In this document: in pieces, positions 1 through 8,723 of the stretch
How the letters are laid out: the number at the start of each line of letters is the position of its first letter
How positions within the stretch are numbered: position 1 is the stretch's first letter
IMG/VR virus record: IMGVR_UViG_3300042923_000601
Span: 62,001-126,000 of that record
DNA: 64,000 nt
Reading direction: 5' to 3' (one strand)
Made by a program: the position numbers and the translations under genes
The notes under the pieces: generated by a model
Databases searched by the model: none
What the model saw: the letters and a program-made list of their open reading frames with translations, nothing else
Told to the model about the DNA's origin: nothing

Positions 1-10
1 GTAAAAAAGA

Positions 11-33
11 AAGTAGCTGGTTTTCACCAGCTA
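11..33 (-). terminator. Probable intrinsic terminator after terL
   Basis: Inverted repeat AGTAGCTGG/CCAGCTACT overlapping the terL stop, with an A-tract on + (U-tract on -) at 3-11. Confidence 0.6.
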
Positions 34-2195
34 CTCCCACTGTACCGATCTCCTAAACCGAAAATCTGGTTAGTCGTACGGTCAAGCCTAACCGCTGAGC
101 GTGCATTAAGCATTGCGATCGCATTTGGTTTCATGACCTTATTCATACCATGACCATCGGTTGTGAAGATGCTTGAGTTGTGATCGTTAGCCTCCAATTC
201 CCACAGTTCCTTCTCGCTATTACGCTCTAAATCTTCTACGAAGAGAAGATCGTCGAACAGACCAGACAGGAATGGGTTATTCTTAGCTATCTTAGCGAAT
301 TTGGTTTTACGAAGGACTTTATCGAGGACATCCTCTTGGTTGTAGTCCCGTTCTTCCAGTTCATCGCCATTGAAATTATACCGATTAAACAGACCAAACC
401 GGCTAAGGTTACGCCCATAAAACATGACGTAGATACATGCCAAGTAAGCGAAGATGACGTCATCGTGCTTACCAGCTTGGTGATCGATGCGTTCTTCATT
501 CTTGTACTCCAAATAACGGAGTTGATCAACGAAGTCACGGCAAGCGATCTTTTGTTTATACTTATTGTCAGACACAAACTTCAGCAGCAGGTCCATCATC
601 TTCGGACGAGTGGCTGAGGTGACCTCATGACCATATACCAGCTTATCTTTATTCTTTGGCTTAATGACACCCTTCTTACGGCTCTCTTCAGCCAAGCGAT
701 AAGCGAAGTCATAGTACATAAAGTTCTTCAGTGGTGTGCGGAGTAAGTCTTCAATAACAGCCGAACCGACATAGTTACTTTCAATAACCAGTACAGAGTT
801 CGGGAAGTGTTCCATCATAAGCGTATATAAGAACCGCTTAAGTTCTGGAGATCGCATCGTGTTATTCTGGAACAAGGCAACCAGTTCAAGGGTTTCAGAG
901 TCTACGATCGCAACAGCAGTCGCATCCTTACCTACACCCTTCGACACGTCGACACCGACCAGGTAACGTTTAAATGGATCGATCTCTCTATATACATCTA
1001 CATAGTAGTGACCGTTGATCCGAATCGTGCGGATAGGCTCAGTTGCCATTTCAACCAGCGCTTCGATATCCTCTGCACTAAATGGAGAGTTATTCGACGC
1101 TTTATTCCACTGGAGAAGCAACTCACGACGGATTTTAACCCAGTTATTATTGAGGTTCTCACACTGCTCCGTATACCATTCCATGGTCTTACCCAGTTGT
1201 AAGAATGAGAACTTAATGTAGACCATTTTGTTGGAAGAGTTCTTCCGGAGCCAGGTCTCAACATATTCTGCGTCTTCATCATACAGGTTCTCTGTAAACG
1301 GAGCCGCATTTTTGATAAGCGTAAAGGCATAGTCACCGTGAGTTGTACCAAGGTCACCCGGTGTAGAGGTGATACATACACCGTATGGTTTGCCGTTCTT
1401 CGCCGCGTTCTCAGATGCACGAGAGAACGCTGGCATTGCGGCAGCGTGGATAACTTCATTGAACAGCATGTGGCCCAACTCGTCAAACCACAGGGATGCA
1501 ACGGTGAGACCGCGACCCGCCCGCTCTGCGTTTTGGGTGTTACGGGCAGAGGCTTTAGTCAGAATCTTATTTCCAAGACGTTTATTCTTGATTTCGTTTA
1601 CGTTGTCCGTCTGACTCTTCAGCTCACCTGTCTTTTCATCGAAATCTTTATTGAACTGGAGGTAGAGAGGAAGCAAAGCACGGCTTTCTTTTAGACGGGC
1701 CAAGTTACTTACCGACGCTGCCTTATCCATATTCATAAAGATCGTTGTGGACGAGGTGGCATTGAAGTTAAACTGCCAGAGGTAACGCTGCACGGCACCT
1801 GTCGTCTTACCGAACTGACGAGGCAGCTCTAGGTAGTGAGAGAGGTTATGTTCAAAGCACCAAGCTTGTGCCAAGTTACCCCGGTGTAGCATAAAGGGGG
1901 TACCGCCACCGATATCCGTGGAAGCACCCTCTTCGGGGATTCTGGCAATTTCACGTAGGAAGTACCAATAATTTCGAGACACTTCGACAACGACCTTACT
2001 CATTTCCGCAAAGGTAATGTCAGGATCGTAAGGATCGATATCCATCAGGTCTTTATCATACAGCTTGAGAAAAAAATCATAGTTCTTGACACCGGACATG
2101 TGTAGAAGGGTTGCAACCTTCATAAATGACATATTCGTCGTCTTCTTATGAATGTAATACTCGTCTTCCTCTAGTGTATACGGGCGAGCTAACAT
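24..2195 (-). CDS. terL: Terminase large subunit (723 aa)
   Basis: Walker A LELPRQFGKTT, Walker B LWFDELG, RNase H-like nuclease motifs YLVGVDVSKGVGKDATA and HDDVIFA; lies in the head module. Confidence 0.93.
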   Translation of the reverse strand: MLARPYTLEEDEYYIHKKTTNMSFMKVATLLHMSGVKNYDFFLKLYDKDLMDIDPYDPDITFAEMSKVVVEVSRNYWYFLREIARIPEEGASTDIGGGTPFMLHRGNLAQAWCFEHNLSHYLELPRQFGKTTGAVQRYLWQFNFNATSSTTIFMNMDKAASVSNLARLKESRALLPLYLQFNKDFDEKTGELKSQTDNVNEIKNKRLGNKILTKASARNTQNAERAGRGLTVASLWFDELGHMLFNEVIHAAAMPAFSRASENAAKNGKPYGVCITSTPGDLGTTHGDYAFTLIKNAAPFTENLYDEDAEYVETWLRKNSSNKMVYIKFSFLQLGKTMEWYTEQCENLNNNWVKIRRELLLQWNKASNNSPFSAEDIEALVEMATEPIRTIRINGHYYVDVYREIDPFKRYLVGVDVSKGVGKDATAVAIVDSETLELVALFQNNTMRSPELKRFLYTLMMEHFPNSVLVIESNYVGSAVIEDLLRTPLKNFMYYDFAYRLAEESRKKGVIKPKNKDKLVYGHEVTSATRPKMMDLLLKFVSDNKYKQKIACRDFVDQLRYLEYKNEERIDHQAGKHDDVIFAYLACIYVMFYGRNLSRFGLFNRYNFNGDELEERDYNQEDVLDKVLRKTKFAKIAKNNPFLSGLFDDLLFVEDLERNSEKELWELEANDHNSSIFTTDGHGMNKVMKPNAIAMLNARSAVRLDRTTNQIFGLGDRYSGSSW

Positions 2196-2207
2196 GGTAT
2201 ATCACCC

Positions 2208-3401
2208 TTACCCTTCGTATCCGTCAGGTACCTCAACGAAGACACCATATTTGCGCTTCGCGATCTTGGTGTCTTTAAGGATACCTGTCATCGCAACGAA
2301 CTTCTTCAGGTAATCCCAGACGATGGTATCCTTCGGATTCTTGTCCAGATACTTTTCGAGTGCAAAGATGTTATCGTAGATGCGATCAAGGACAGCCAGG
2401 CGTTCATAATTACTCGCCAGCCCGTCGATTTTGAAATTCAGGATATCCAGCTCACGCTGAAGGGCCGAATACGAGATGCGTTTATTCCCAAACTGAGAAC
2501 CGGAATCGGCTGCTTCCAAGATGGTAGAGGCCAGAGAATCAGTCTGCTTCCGCAGTTTGGTTGTAGCAGTCTCGTCCAATAGGCGATGTTCAAATGGCCG
2601 AAGGTCTTCTTCCTCCAATACCTCTGCACCGAAACGGTCTTCTTTTACCATCAGGTCAAGCCGAGGGAAGGCATTGAATACCTTGGTGTCATATTGAGCT
2701 TGCAGATAAAACATCAGTTCGTCATAGGCTCTGGTCACCTTGCGAGCTTTCTCACGAACCATTTTAACCAGATGCAGACCCATATTGGCATCAGCAATGG
2801 TTTCATTGTCCGCCATACTAAGGTTCAGATAATCAATGGATGCCATTTTTGTAAGGGCATCATTGAAATCTTCCTCAATGCCAAGGTCGATCAATAGACG
2901 GTCAGGTTCGTACATTTCTGTACCCGGAACGAGTGGAGTCTTAAACGTCCGGTTCGCAATGTCGAGGGCTGCCAAATCAACCATCTTACGGTCGAGGTTA
3001 AAGCCAGTGGTTACAACTTTACTGCTTGTAATCCGGCATGCTTTGAGCAGTGCCAGTTTAAGACGCTCGCCTACCGTAGAAGTGAGTACGTTGTGGCTGA
3101 TGTCATGGATAATCAATGCTGCCAGCTCAGAAGACGAAAATAGATCAATCGCCTGACGCTGGATTTCAATCGTATACTGCTTAGGTGTACCCCATTCACG
3201 GTTACCGTCAAGGTCAGGGTATACAACGATACCATAAAAGGAACTGGCCTTACCGGAATCGTTGATTGTCACGCTTACGCACTTTGAGGTTGGAATCTCA
3301 TTATTCAGCAGTGCGCAGATCGCCTCAACATTCTCGTATTTCTTAAACTGCTTGATTTCACTCAGTAAGTTTGTGAGCAGCTTAACAGTGTAACGGTTCA
3401 T
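2208..3401 (-). CDS. Probable virion head protein with degenerate zincin-like motif (HDISH)
   Basis: Start moved to MNRY at 3401 (AGGAGG SD). ELAALIIHDISH resembles EMVSLILHEIGH of 28148..29569. ILEA is a protease-type site. Lies between capsid and terminase. Confidence 0.55.
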   Translation of the reverse strand: MNRYTVKLLTNLLSEIKQFKKYENVEAICALLNNEIPTSKCVSVTINDSGKASSFYGIVVYPDLDGNREWGTPKQYTIEIQRQAIDLFSSSELAALIIHDISHNVLTSTVGERLKLALLKACRITSSKVVTTGFNLDRKMVDLAALDIANRTFKTPLVPGTEMYEPDRLLIDLGIEEDFNDALTKMASIDYLNLSMADNETIADANMGLHLVKMVREKARKVTRAYDELMFYLQAQYDTKVFNAFPRLDLMVKEDRFGAEVLEEEDLRPFEHRLLDETATTKLRKQTDSLASTILEAADSGSQFGNKRISYSALQRELDILNFKIDGLASNYERLAVLDRIYDNIFALEKYLDKNPKDTIVWDYLKKFVAMTGILKDTKIAKRKYGVFVEVPDGYEG

Positions 3402-3426
3402 ATCAATATCCTCCTTTTTATAAATA

Positions 3427-3458
3427 AAATACCCATAGCCCAATTAAGGGCTATGGGC
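3427..3458 (-). terminator. Intrinsic terminator downstream of major capsid gene
   Basis: Stem CCCATAGCCC/GGGCTATGGG with an adjacent A-rich tract on +. Confidence 0.65.
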
Positions 3459-3471
3459 AAGTCGCCGATGA

Positions 3472-5112
3472 TTAAGCGCCGTAGTTATCGTACAGCTCTT
3501 TGTTGTTGTGCTCGATAGTGATTTCGGCATTCACTGGGTAGTATTCCTGCGTTTTGTAGCGGCTTGCAACCATGATGGTTGGCAGCGCTGCATTGCGGCT
3601 GGAACGGTATTTGTTGGAAACGTAGTTAGCATAACGGTAGTGGTTAACCGTAATCATGTTGTTTTCGATGGAGTTAGGGATCAGGTGAACGTATACTTTA
3701 CCTGGAGGAACGCGGTCCGTGGACAGGTAGAATACAGTGTTACCAGATGTTACGACAGCGAAGTCGTATTCCATCTTAACAGCGCCAGCCATTTCTTGGT
3801 TCCGACGGAAGATGTATTCCTCACCGGAAGCGTTAGGAAGGCGGATATCCAGTGGGTTACCAACCACGCGGAAGTGGCAGTCATCCAGCTGAAGTTCGGA
3901 TTTCAAGCGAATGCACACGCGTTCGATGAACGGATGGAACTGACGTTTAATCCATTCTTCGCTACCGTATGCAAATCCAGCGTCAGGTTCGCAGTCGAAA
4001 GTTGCCTTAACGAGTGCGTCCACAGCCAGCTCTTTATGCTTAGTGAAGATGTCGATATCCTCAAGCTTCTCAACGGCGATACCCATCTGGTTAGTGTACT
4101 CTTCGAGTACATTGATACCCAGCATGCGGGAAGCGTCGTCAGTAAATTCTTGGGACAGCTCAACTTCGATATGGGTGTTATCAGGGATGTTGATGGTGTT
4201 GTTCTCATGCTCCATACCAACAACCATTGCAGCCAGGTGAGTCTCGGAAGACAGACGGGCCGAGAAGGTTACGGTTTTAACACGAGCGTCAGTTGCAGAC
4301 AGCGAAGTCACCTTGTTGGTGTTGAAATCCACGTTACCATGGATGATCGCTACCTTGTTGTCAGTACCGAATGTTACTTCGATATTGAAGTTACCGGTTT
4401 CGATGTCGATTTCACGCTTCTTGCCGGTAATTTTCAGAGCTGTAGCAGCAGTAGTACCATCGGCTTCAACTGCAGTGAAGGACTTCAGGTTGAAGTCAAC
4501 ACCCAGTTTGTTACGAGGGTCAATGCCGTTGGCAGCAAAAATGTCATACTGTGTGTTAGGAACGTTGATCGTTACGTCCAGACGATGGCGGATGTGTTGA
4601 GCCAGGTCGGAGTTCGTATTGAACGCGTCCACGAAGTACCGGCGTTTACCGGACAGGTCGATCAGATATTGTTTACGTTCAGTGATCTTGAACGATGGCT
4701 TTTCGGCTTGCAGGGTCTTGAAGGTACGGTGCATGACCGCCTTTACATAAGACCGGATTTGGAAACCGAAAGATGTCATCGAGATCGGACGCAACGCTGT
4801 CAGACCCTGTTGAGCGGATTCTTCAAGCAGTTCGTGTACAACAGCGCCCATGGCAACTGCACGCGCCTGTGCATCCTCACGGAGCACCGCGTGACGCAGG
4901 CCCTCGCCTTTGTACTGGTCAGCCTCAAGGATAGAGTTAACGGTATCCAGGAACCGCTGTGCATTAGCTTCAGTTTTGAAGATTGCCGTGGTATTGTTCG
5001 CATCGAAGCCATGGTTATAATTCTCCAACAGGCTGTCGAAAAACTTGGATACCGCGCCATCACGGGCAGTATTCTGACCCAGCGACATCTCCACAAATTC
5101 TCTTGCTGGCAT
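3472..5112 (-). CDS. Probable major capsid protein precursor (546 aa)
   Basis: Start moved to MPAREF at 5112 (AGGAGG SD; the upstream ATG lies inside a late promoter). Has its own promoter and terminator, and biased codons that give a long antisense ORF, as in highly expressed genes. N-terminal region has ILEA/LLEES sites. Sits next to terminase and prohead protease. The fold is not verified. Confidence 0.7.
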   Translation of the reverse strand: MPAREFVEMSLGQNTARDGAVSKFFDSLLENYNHGFDANNTTAIFKTEANAQRFLDTVNSILEADQYKGEGLRHAVLREDAQARAVAMGAVVHELLEESAQQGLTALRPISMTSFGFQIRSYVKAVMHRTFKTLQAEKPSFKITERKQYLIDLSGKRRYFVDAFNTNSDLAQHIRHRLDVTINVPNTQYDIFAANGIDPRNKLGVDFNLKSFTAVEADGTTAATALKITGKKREIDIETGNFNIEVTFGTDNKVAIIHGNVDFNTNKVTSLSATDARVKTVTFSARLSSETHLAAMVVGMEHENNTINIPDNTHIEVELSQEFTDDASRMLGINVLEEYTNQMGIAVEKLEDIDIFTKHKELAVDALVKATFDCEPDAGFAYGSEEWIKRQFHPFIERVCIRLKSELQLDDCHFRVVGNPLDIRLPNASGEEYIFRRNQEMAGAVKMEYDFAVVTSGNTVFYLSTDRVPPGKVYVHLIPNSIENNMITVNHYRYANYVSNKYRSSRNAALPTIMVASRYKTQEYYPVNAEITIEHNNKELYDNYGA

Positions 5113-5156
5113 ATTAATTGCCTCCTTTTCGATCCTTTGTAGTATAGGAATGGATT

Positions 5157-5168
5157 TATACATATGTT
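5157..5168 (-). promoter_or_regulatory. Late-type phage promoter AACA-N6-TA
   Basis: Minus strand reads AACA-TATGTA-TA, 45 nt upstream of the capsid ATG. Confidence 0.65.
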
Positions 5169-5189
5169 ACAATCTTTACGCTACAAGCA

Positions 5190-5912
5190 TTACTTTTCAG
5201 TTGTGATTTTGGAAATTTGCTCTAACGTTTGTTGAATCGTTCGCTTTTCCAGCACAAACTGCATGTAATTCTGGTAGTTGACCTCAAGGCTATTCGTTGA
5301 ATACCGATATAAAATATAATCAGTCAATTTGTCCGACAGCTTGGCTGAGGCCGAATTACAAATATCAATAATCTCACGCGCTTCATCCGACAGCGTGGGA
5401 ATGGATGATATGCCGGATATCATATTTCCAACAGAATCTTTAAGGGCACGGTACTGTCTAAGGGCTCGATATCCTAAAACTGCACGGGAGGTTGCATCCA
5501 ATGGAAGCAATTCCCCAGCGGGCGGTTTAGGTTCTTCTTCTCCCTCTAGATCGGCGTCACCGTCCTCACTGCCGTCTCCTAATCCACCCCCTTCATCAGT
5601 ACCATCATCGGTTCCGTCTTGGGTTCCGTCATCTGTACCATCTCCTAAATCGTCTGAAGTGGCTGGGTCACTGTCAGTAGGATCAGCCTGACCTTCGTCA
5701 TCGGTCTGACCCGACACATCGGACCCATCACCACTCGCAGCATCATTGGAGTCTGAATCTGATGAATCAGTATCGGCACCATCAGGGTCGGTCTGATCAT
5801 CATCATTATCATCATTTGGTTGTTCTGAAGACAGGTCATACTTGTCCTCTGCCTCTAGCATGAGGCCGCCTTCTCGAATCATTCGGAGACTTTTTTGAAC
5901 ATCTATTCCCAT
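5190..5912 (-). CDS. Acidic internal head/scaffold-like protein
   Basis: Start MGIDVQ at 5912 with SD. N-terminal LRMIREG followed by MLEA. About 110 aa of D/G/S-rich low-complexity linker, then a helical C-terminal domain. Confidence 0.5.
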   Translation of the reverse strand: MGIDVQKSLRMIREGGLMLEAEDKYDLSSEQPNDDNDDDQTDPDGADTDSSDSDSNDAASGDGSDVSGQTDDEGQADPTDSDPATSDDLGDGTDDGTQDGTDDGTDEGGGLGDGSEDGDADLEGEEEPKPPAGELLPLDATSRAVLGYRALRQYRALKDSVGNMISGISSIPTLSDEAREIIDICNSASAKLSDKLTDYILYRYSTNSLEVNYQNYMQFVLEKRTIQQTLEQISKITTEK

Positions 5913-5925
5913 GAAGTATTCCTCC

Positions 5926-6963
5926 TTATCGCTGTGCAAGACCGAACGTTACCCGATCAATCGCACGAGAAACTTGGTTCTCGGTCCGCATCAGTTTATA
6001 TTTAGCATCCATGTCACCTTTGGACTCGGCGTCTTTAATCTTCTCCTGAAGAATCTGCTTCTCAAACTTCAGGTCAGCCAGTACAAGCTTCCGGTGTTTG
6101 TCTTGGGTGCGTTTATCCAGTGCAAACTTTGTCAAGACAGTAAGAACCGCAGTGACAATACCGACCGACACCCCGCCGGGTACAAGCAGTGCTACACCAG
6201 CACCTGTAAGGGACGCTGTAAGTAGTGTCTTTAGCATTGCGGACAGGTTAAAGGTCTCCTGTACGATCTTGTCGTAAGTTGCAACCCGTTTATTCTCCCG
6301 ATAATCTTGGAGGAACCGGTTGAACTTCTCGTTAAACCGGGTAGACACCTCACGGTCTTTCATTGTAAATCGAGTAACCTTGGTGGCAACGGCATCAACC
6401 GCTTTACGCATTCTAGCGCCCTCAAGTTGAACAGTCCCATCCGTTAACTCTTGGCACATTTCCAGCATAGCATCGACTACAGCCGCGAAATGAATGTCTG
6501 AATTGTTATCAAACATCATCTCAAGGTCTGAAGATTCAATGTCGCTAGGTGCTTTTTGAGTCATCATAGTAAGATGGGTCAGCACGATGTTGGCACACTC
6601 CACCCCGATATAAAGGGCTGGATGTGATGAACCTGCGGCTGCCATAAACTGCTTGATCTTAATGACTCCATTGTAGGCGAGTTGGTACTCAGCCGGGTCG
6701 ATGGTCTTAACAATCTCACCCAGACACTGAACAATGGGCTGTATGGTATCATACGCCTTATTTCGCACTGCGTGTTGAATCAGACAATTAGACAGGTCCA
6801 AATACTTGGTAAAGTTCCCATCGTAATCGTCAAAAATGGCGGTTACATCTTCAGGTGTAAGGATTTTCTTATCCTTGGAGTACGTATCGATGTATCCATT
6901 CAGTACAGCAATAGATTTTACCGATTCGAGCATCACAAGTGGAAGCCCAATAAATTGTGACAT
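5926..6963 (-). CDS. Probable internal head protein with hydrophobic hairpin (345 aa)
   Basis: GGGAGG SD, late promoter at 6995-7006, QLEG site, hydrophobic stretch LLTASLTGAGVALLVPGGVSVGIVTAVLTVL followed by a coiled-coil-like tail. Confidence 0.5.
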   Translation of the reverse strand: MSQFIGLPLVMLESVKSIAVLNGYIDTYSKDKKILTPEDVTAIFDDYDGNFTKYLDLSNCLIQHAVRNKAYDTIQPIVQCLGEIVKTIDPAEYQLAYNGVIKIKQFMAAAGSSHPALYIGVECANIVLTHLTMMTQKAPSDIESSDLEMMFDNNSDIHFAAVVDAMLEMCQELTDGTVQLEGARMRKAVDAVATKVTRFTMKDREVSTRFNEKFNRFLQDYRENKRVATYDKIVQETFNLSAMLKTLLTASLTGAGVALLVPGGVSVGIVTAVLTVLTKFALDKRTQDKHRKLVLADLKFEKQILQEKIKDAESKGDMDAKYKLMRTENQVSRAIDRVTFGLAQR

Positions 6964-6994
6964 GACTAAACCTCCCTGCTTTATTCATTGTAAT

Positions 6995-7006
6995 TATTGT
7001 GATGTT
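6995..7006 (-). promoter_or_regulatory. Late-type promoter AACA-N6-TA
   Basis: Minus strand reads AACA-TCACAA-TA upstream of 6963. Confidence 0.6.
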
Positions 7007-7076
7007 TCGAATATACCGGATAGTTCCCGAAGGGTGCGAACACCTTATAAACTATTCCTGTATAGGAGGATTCCCA

Positions 7077-7940
7077 ATGATTAAGACATCGCTCGCAACA
7101 ACGTTCCCGCTTTTCTATATTGTGGAGGCTGCAGTGAACCCTGATGATATTAAGACTACAATTATCAGGGAAAACACAGTCACCACGGCTGAAGGTGGGA
7201 CTATTAAGACCATAACTGCGGATGCTACTCTGCAGAGTTTCATGATGCTGAACTGGAATGGTCGTACCTACCCGGCTGCAGTTGTCATGGAAGGTATGGA
7301 TGGCAACCCAAAGATTCAGAATGATATTCGTCACAAGCAGTTTGCTGGTGAATGGGGTCATCCGGACTCCAAGGATATGGTTCGCCAGTCCCAAATCTTA
7401 CCGGAATACACATCCCACTACATCGATTCGTACCGCAGAGAAGGAAACCTGCTTAAAGGGCATGTCACTTCGGCTCCGTTCGGTCGTGGACTTTGGATGT
7501 ACAACACCATTATGGCAGGTCGCCCATGGGCATTCTCTCTTCGGGCATTCGGTGCAGTGGACTCTAACAACCAAGCTATCCGACCACTGACTGTCATTAC
7601 CTATGATCAAGTCAACCGCCCGTCCCACAAAGAAGCATATGCAACATCGGGTGACGTGGTGGGTGCTCAGTCGTACTCCGATTCCATGCTGAAAGAATGC
7701 TCCACTTCGATCATGCTGGAATCCAGTACAATCGTTACCGACATCACTAACTTCGTTCTTGAGAAGTCGGATAACGTTAAGATCGCCAAGGAACTGTTTG
7801 GCCTTCAAGAAAGCGCTGGCTTCTTTAACGGAAAAAATAACATCATCCTTGAAGGTAACTACCTGGGTAACTCCATCAAGGTAACTGTGCCTCTTGAAAG
7901 CTATGTACGTGATATCTACCGCGACATCCTTACGTTTTAA
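7077..7940 (+). CDS. Prohead protease, T4 gp21-like
   Basis: Start at 7077 (AGGAGG SD). Motifs NWNGRTYP, GEWGHP, SHYID and FSLRAFG match the gp21-type pattern NxNGRxYP / GELGHP / SH / SSRG. Confidence 0.85.
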   Translation: MIKTSLATTFPLFYIVEAAVNPDDIKTTIIRENTVTTAEGGTIKTITADATLQSFMMLNWNGRTYPAAVVMEGMDGNPKIQNDIRHKQFAGEWGHPDSKDMVRQSQILPEYTSHYIDSYRREGNLLKGHVTSAPFGRGLWMYNTIMAGRPWAFSLRAFGAVDSNNQAIRPLTVITYDQVNRPSHKEAYATSGDVVGAQSYSDSMLKECSTSIMLESSTIVTDITNFVLEKSDNVKIAKELFGLQESAGFFNGKNNIILEGNYLGNSIKVTVPLESYVRDIYRDILTF

Positions 7941-7952
7941 GGAGGGAATAGC

Positions 7953-8669
7953 ATGCAACTAAATACCATTCTGGACATCATCTTAAATCAACGACTTGGT
8001 GTTGTAGAGTATGGTATCGATGAACTTTATCCTGAAATTCATGCGAACCTGCTTAACAATACCCTGCCTATCTTCTCGCAGTATTTCCCTTGTGAGCGGA
8101 GATACAATTACGAGCCGGAGGATCACCCAACGGAAACCAAGTGGGAATACTATCTCAATATCCCGGAACTCAAAGAAGCTGGGCTTGAGATGATCTCTGT
8201 TGCAGAGGTACTCCCGCAATCAACCGTTATTGACTCCATCTATTATGACGGTAGACGGCCGGTTAATATGCGGATCGAGGATGTCATCATGAACTCCTTG
8301 GTTACCAATACTGCGTCGCTCGTCAAGGCCAGTTACAAGATGTTCCGGTTCATCCCACCTAACCGGATTAGCCTTCGGGGGTTTGGGACTAATAAACTTA
8401 GACTCACCCTCAAGATCAAGTACCCGAGCTTCTCTTCGATTGAAGATTCGGTTATTGAGCAGTTCCTCGACCTCGCTACAGCGGACATCAAGATTTTCTT
8501 GTATAACAAGCTGAAGCACTATGATCAGTTGACTCTGCCTATCGGTAACATTGACCTTAAACTTGATGAACTCTCGACTGGTAAAGACGACCGTAGAGAG
8601 GTTATCGACCGGTTTAATAGCAAAGGCTTCCCGAATAAGGCGATCTCGAACTACTACAAGTACGAATAA
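7953..8669 (+). CDS. Hypothetical structural protein (possible neck/head completion)
   Basis: 238-aa ORF with SD, co-transcribed with the protease. Function is inferred from context only. Confidence 0.4.
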   Translation: MQLNTILDIILNQRLGVVEYGIDELYPEIHANLLNNTLPIFSQYFPCERRYNYEPEDHPTETKWEYYLNIPELKEAGLEMISVAEVLPQSTVIDSIYYDGRRPVNMRIEDVIMNSLVTNTASLVKASYKMFRFIPPNRISLRGFGTNKLRLTLKIKYPSFSSIEDSVIEQFLDLATADIKIFLYNKLKHYDQLTLPIGNIDLKLDELSTGKDDRREVIDRFNSKGFPNKAISNYYKYE

Positions 8670-8679
8670 AAGCAAAAAA

Positions 8680-8710
8680 AATACACATGGCGAAATCCGC
8701 CATGTGTATT
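8680..8710. terminator. Bidirectional terminator between convergent genes
   Basis: 12-bp stem ATACACATGGCG/CGCCATGTGTAT with an A-tract on the left and T residues on the right. Confidence 0.7.
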
Positions 8711-8723
8711 TGTCGTTTAAACG

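Noticed and set aside
3508-5142. 544-aa + strand ORF antisense to the capsid gene
   Set aside because: In-register shadow ORF expected from strong codon bias; no SD, promoter or protein-like motifs.
5157-5163. ORF-track start codons at 5163, 3443, 5939, 6999, 23768, 28159, 37755, 50573 and 52462
   Set aside because: Downstream ATG/TTG codons have canonical SDs, and the longer starts overlap promoters, terminators or neighbouring genes.
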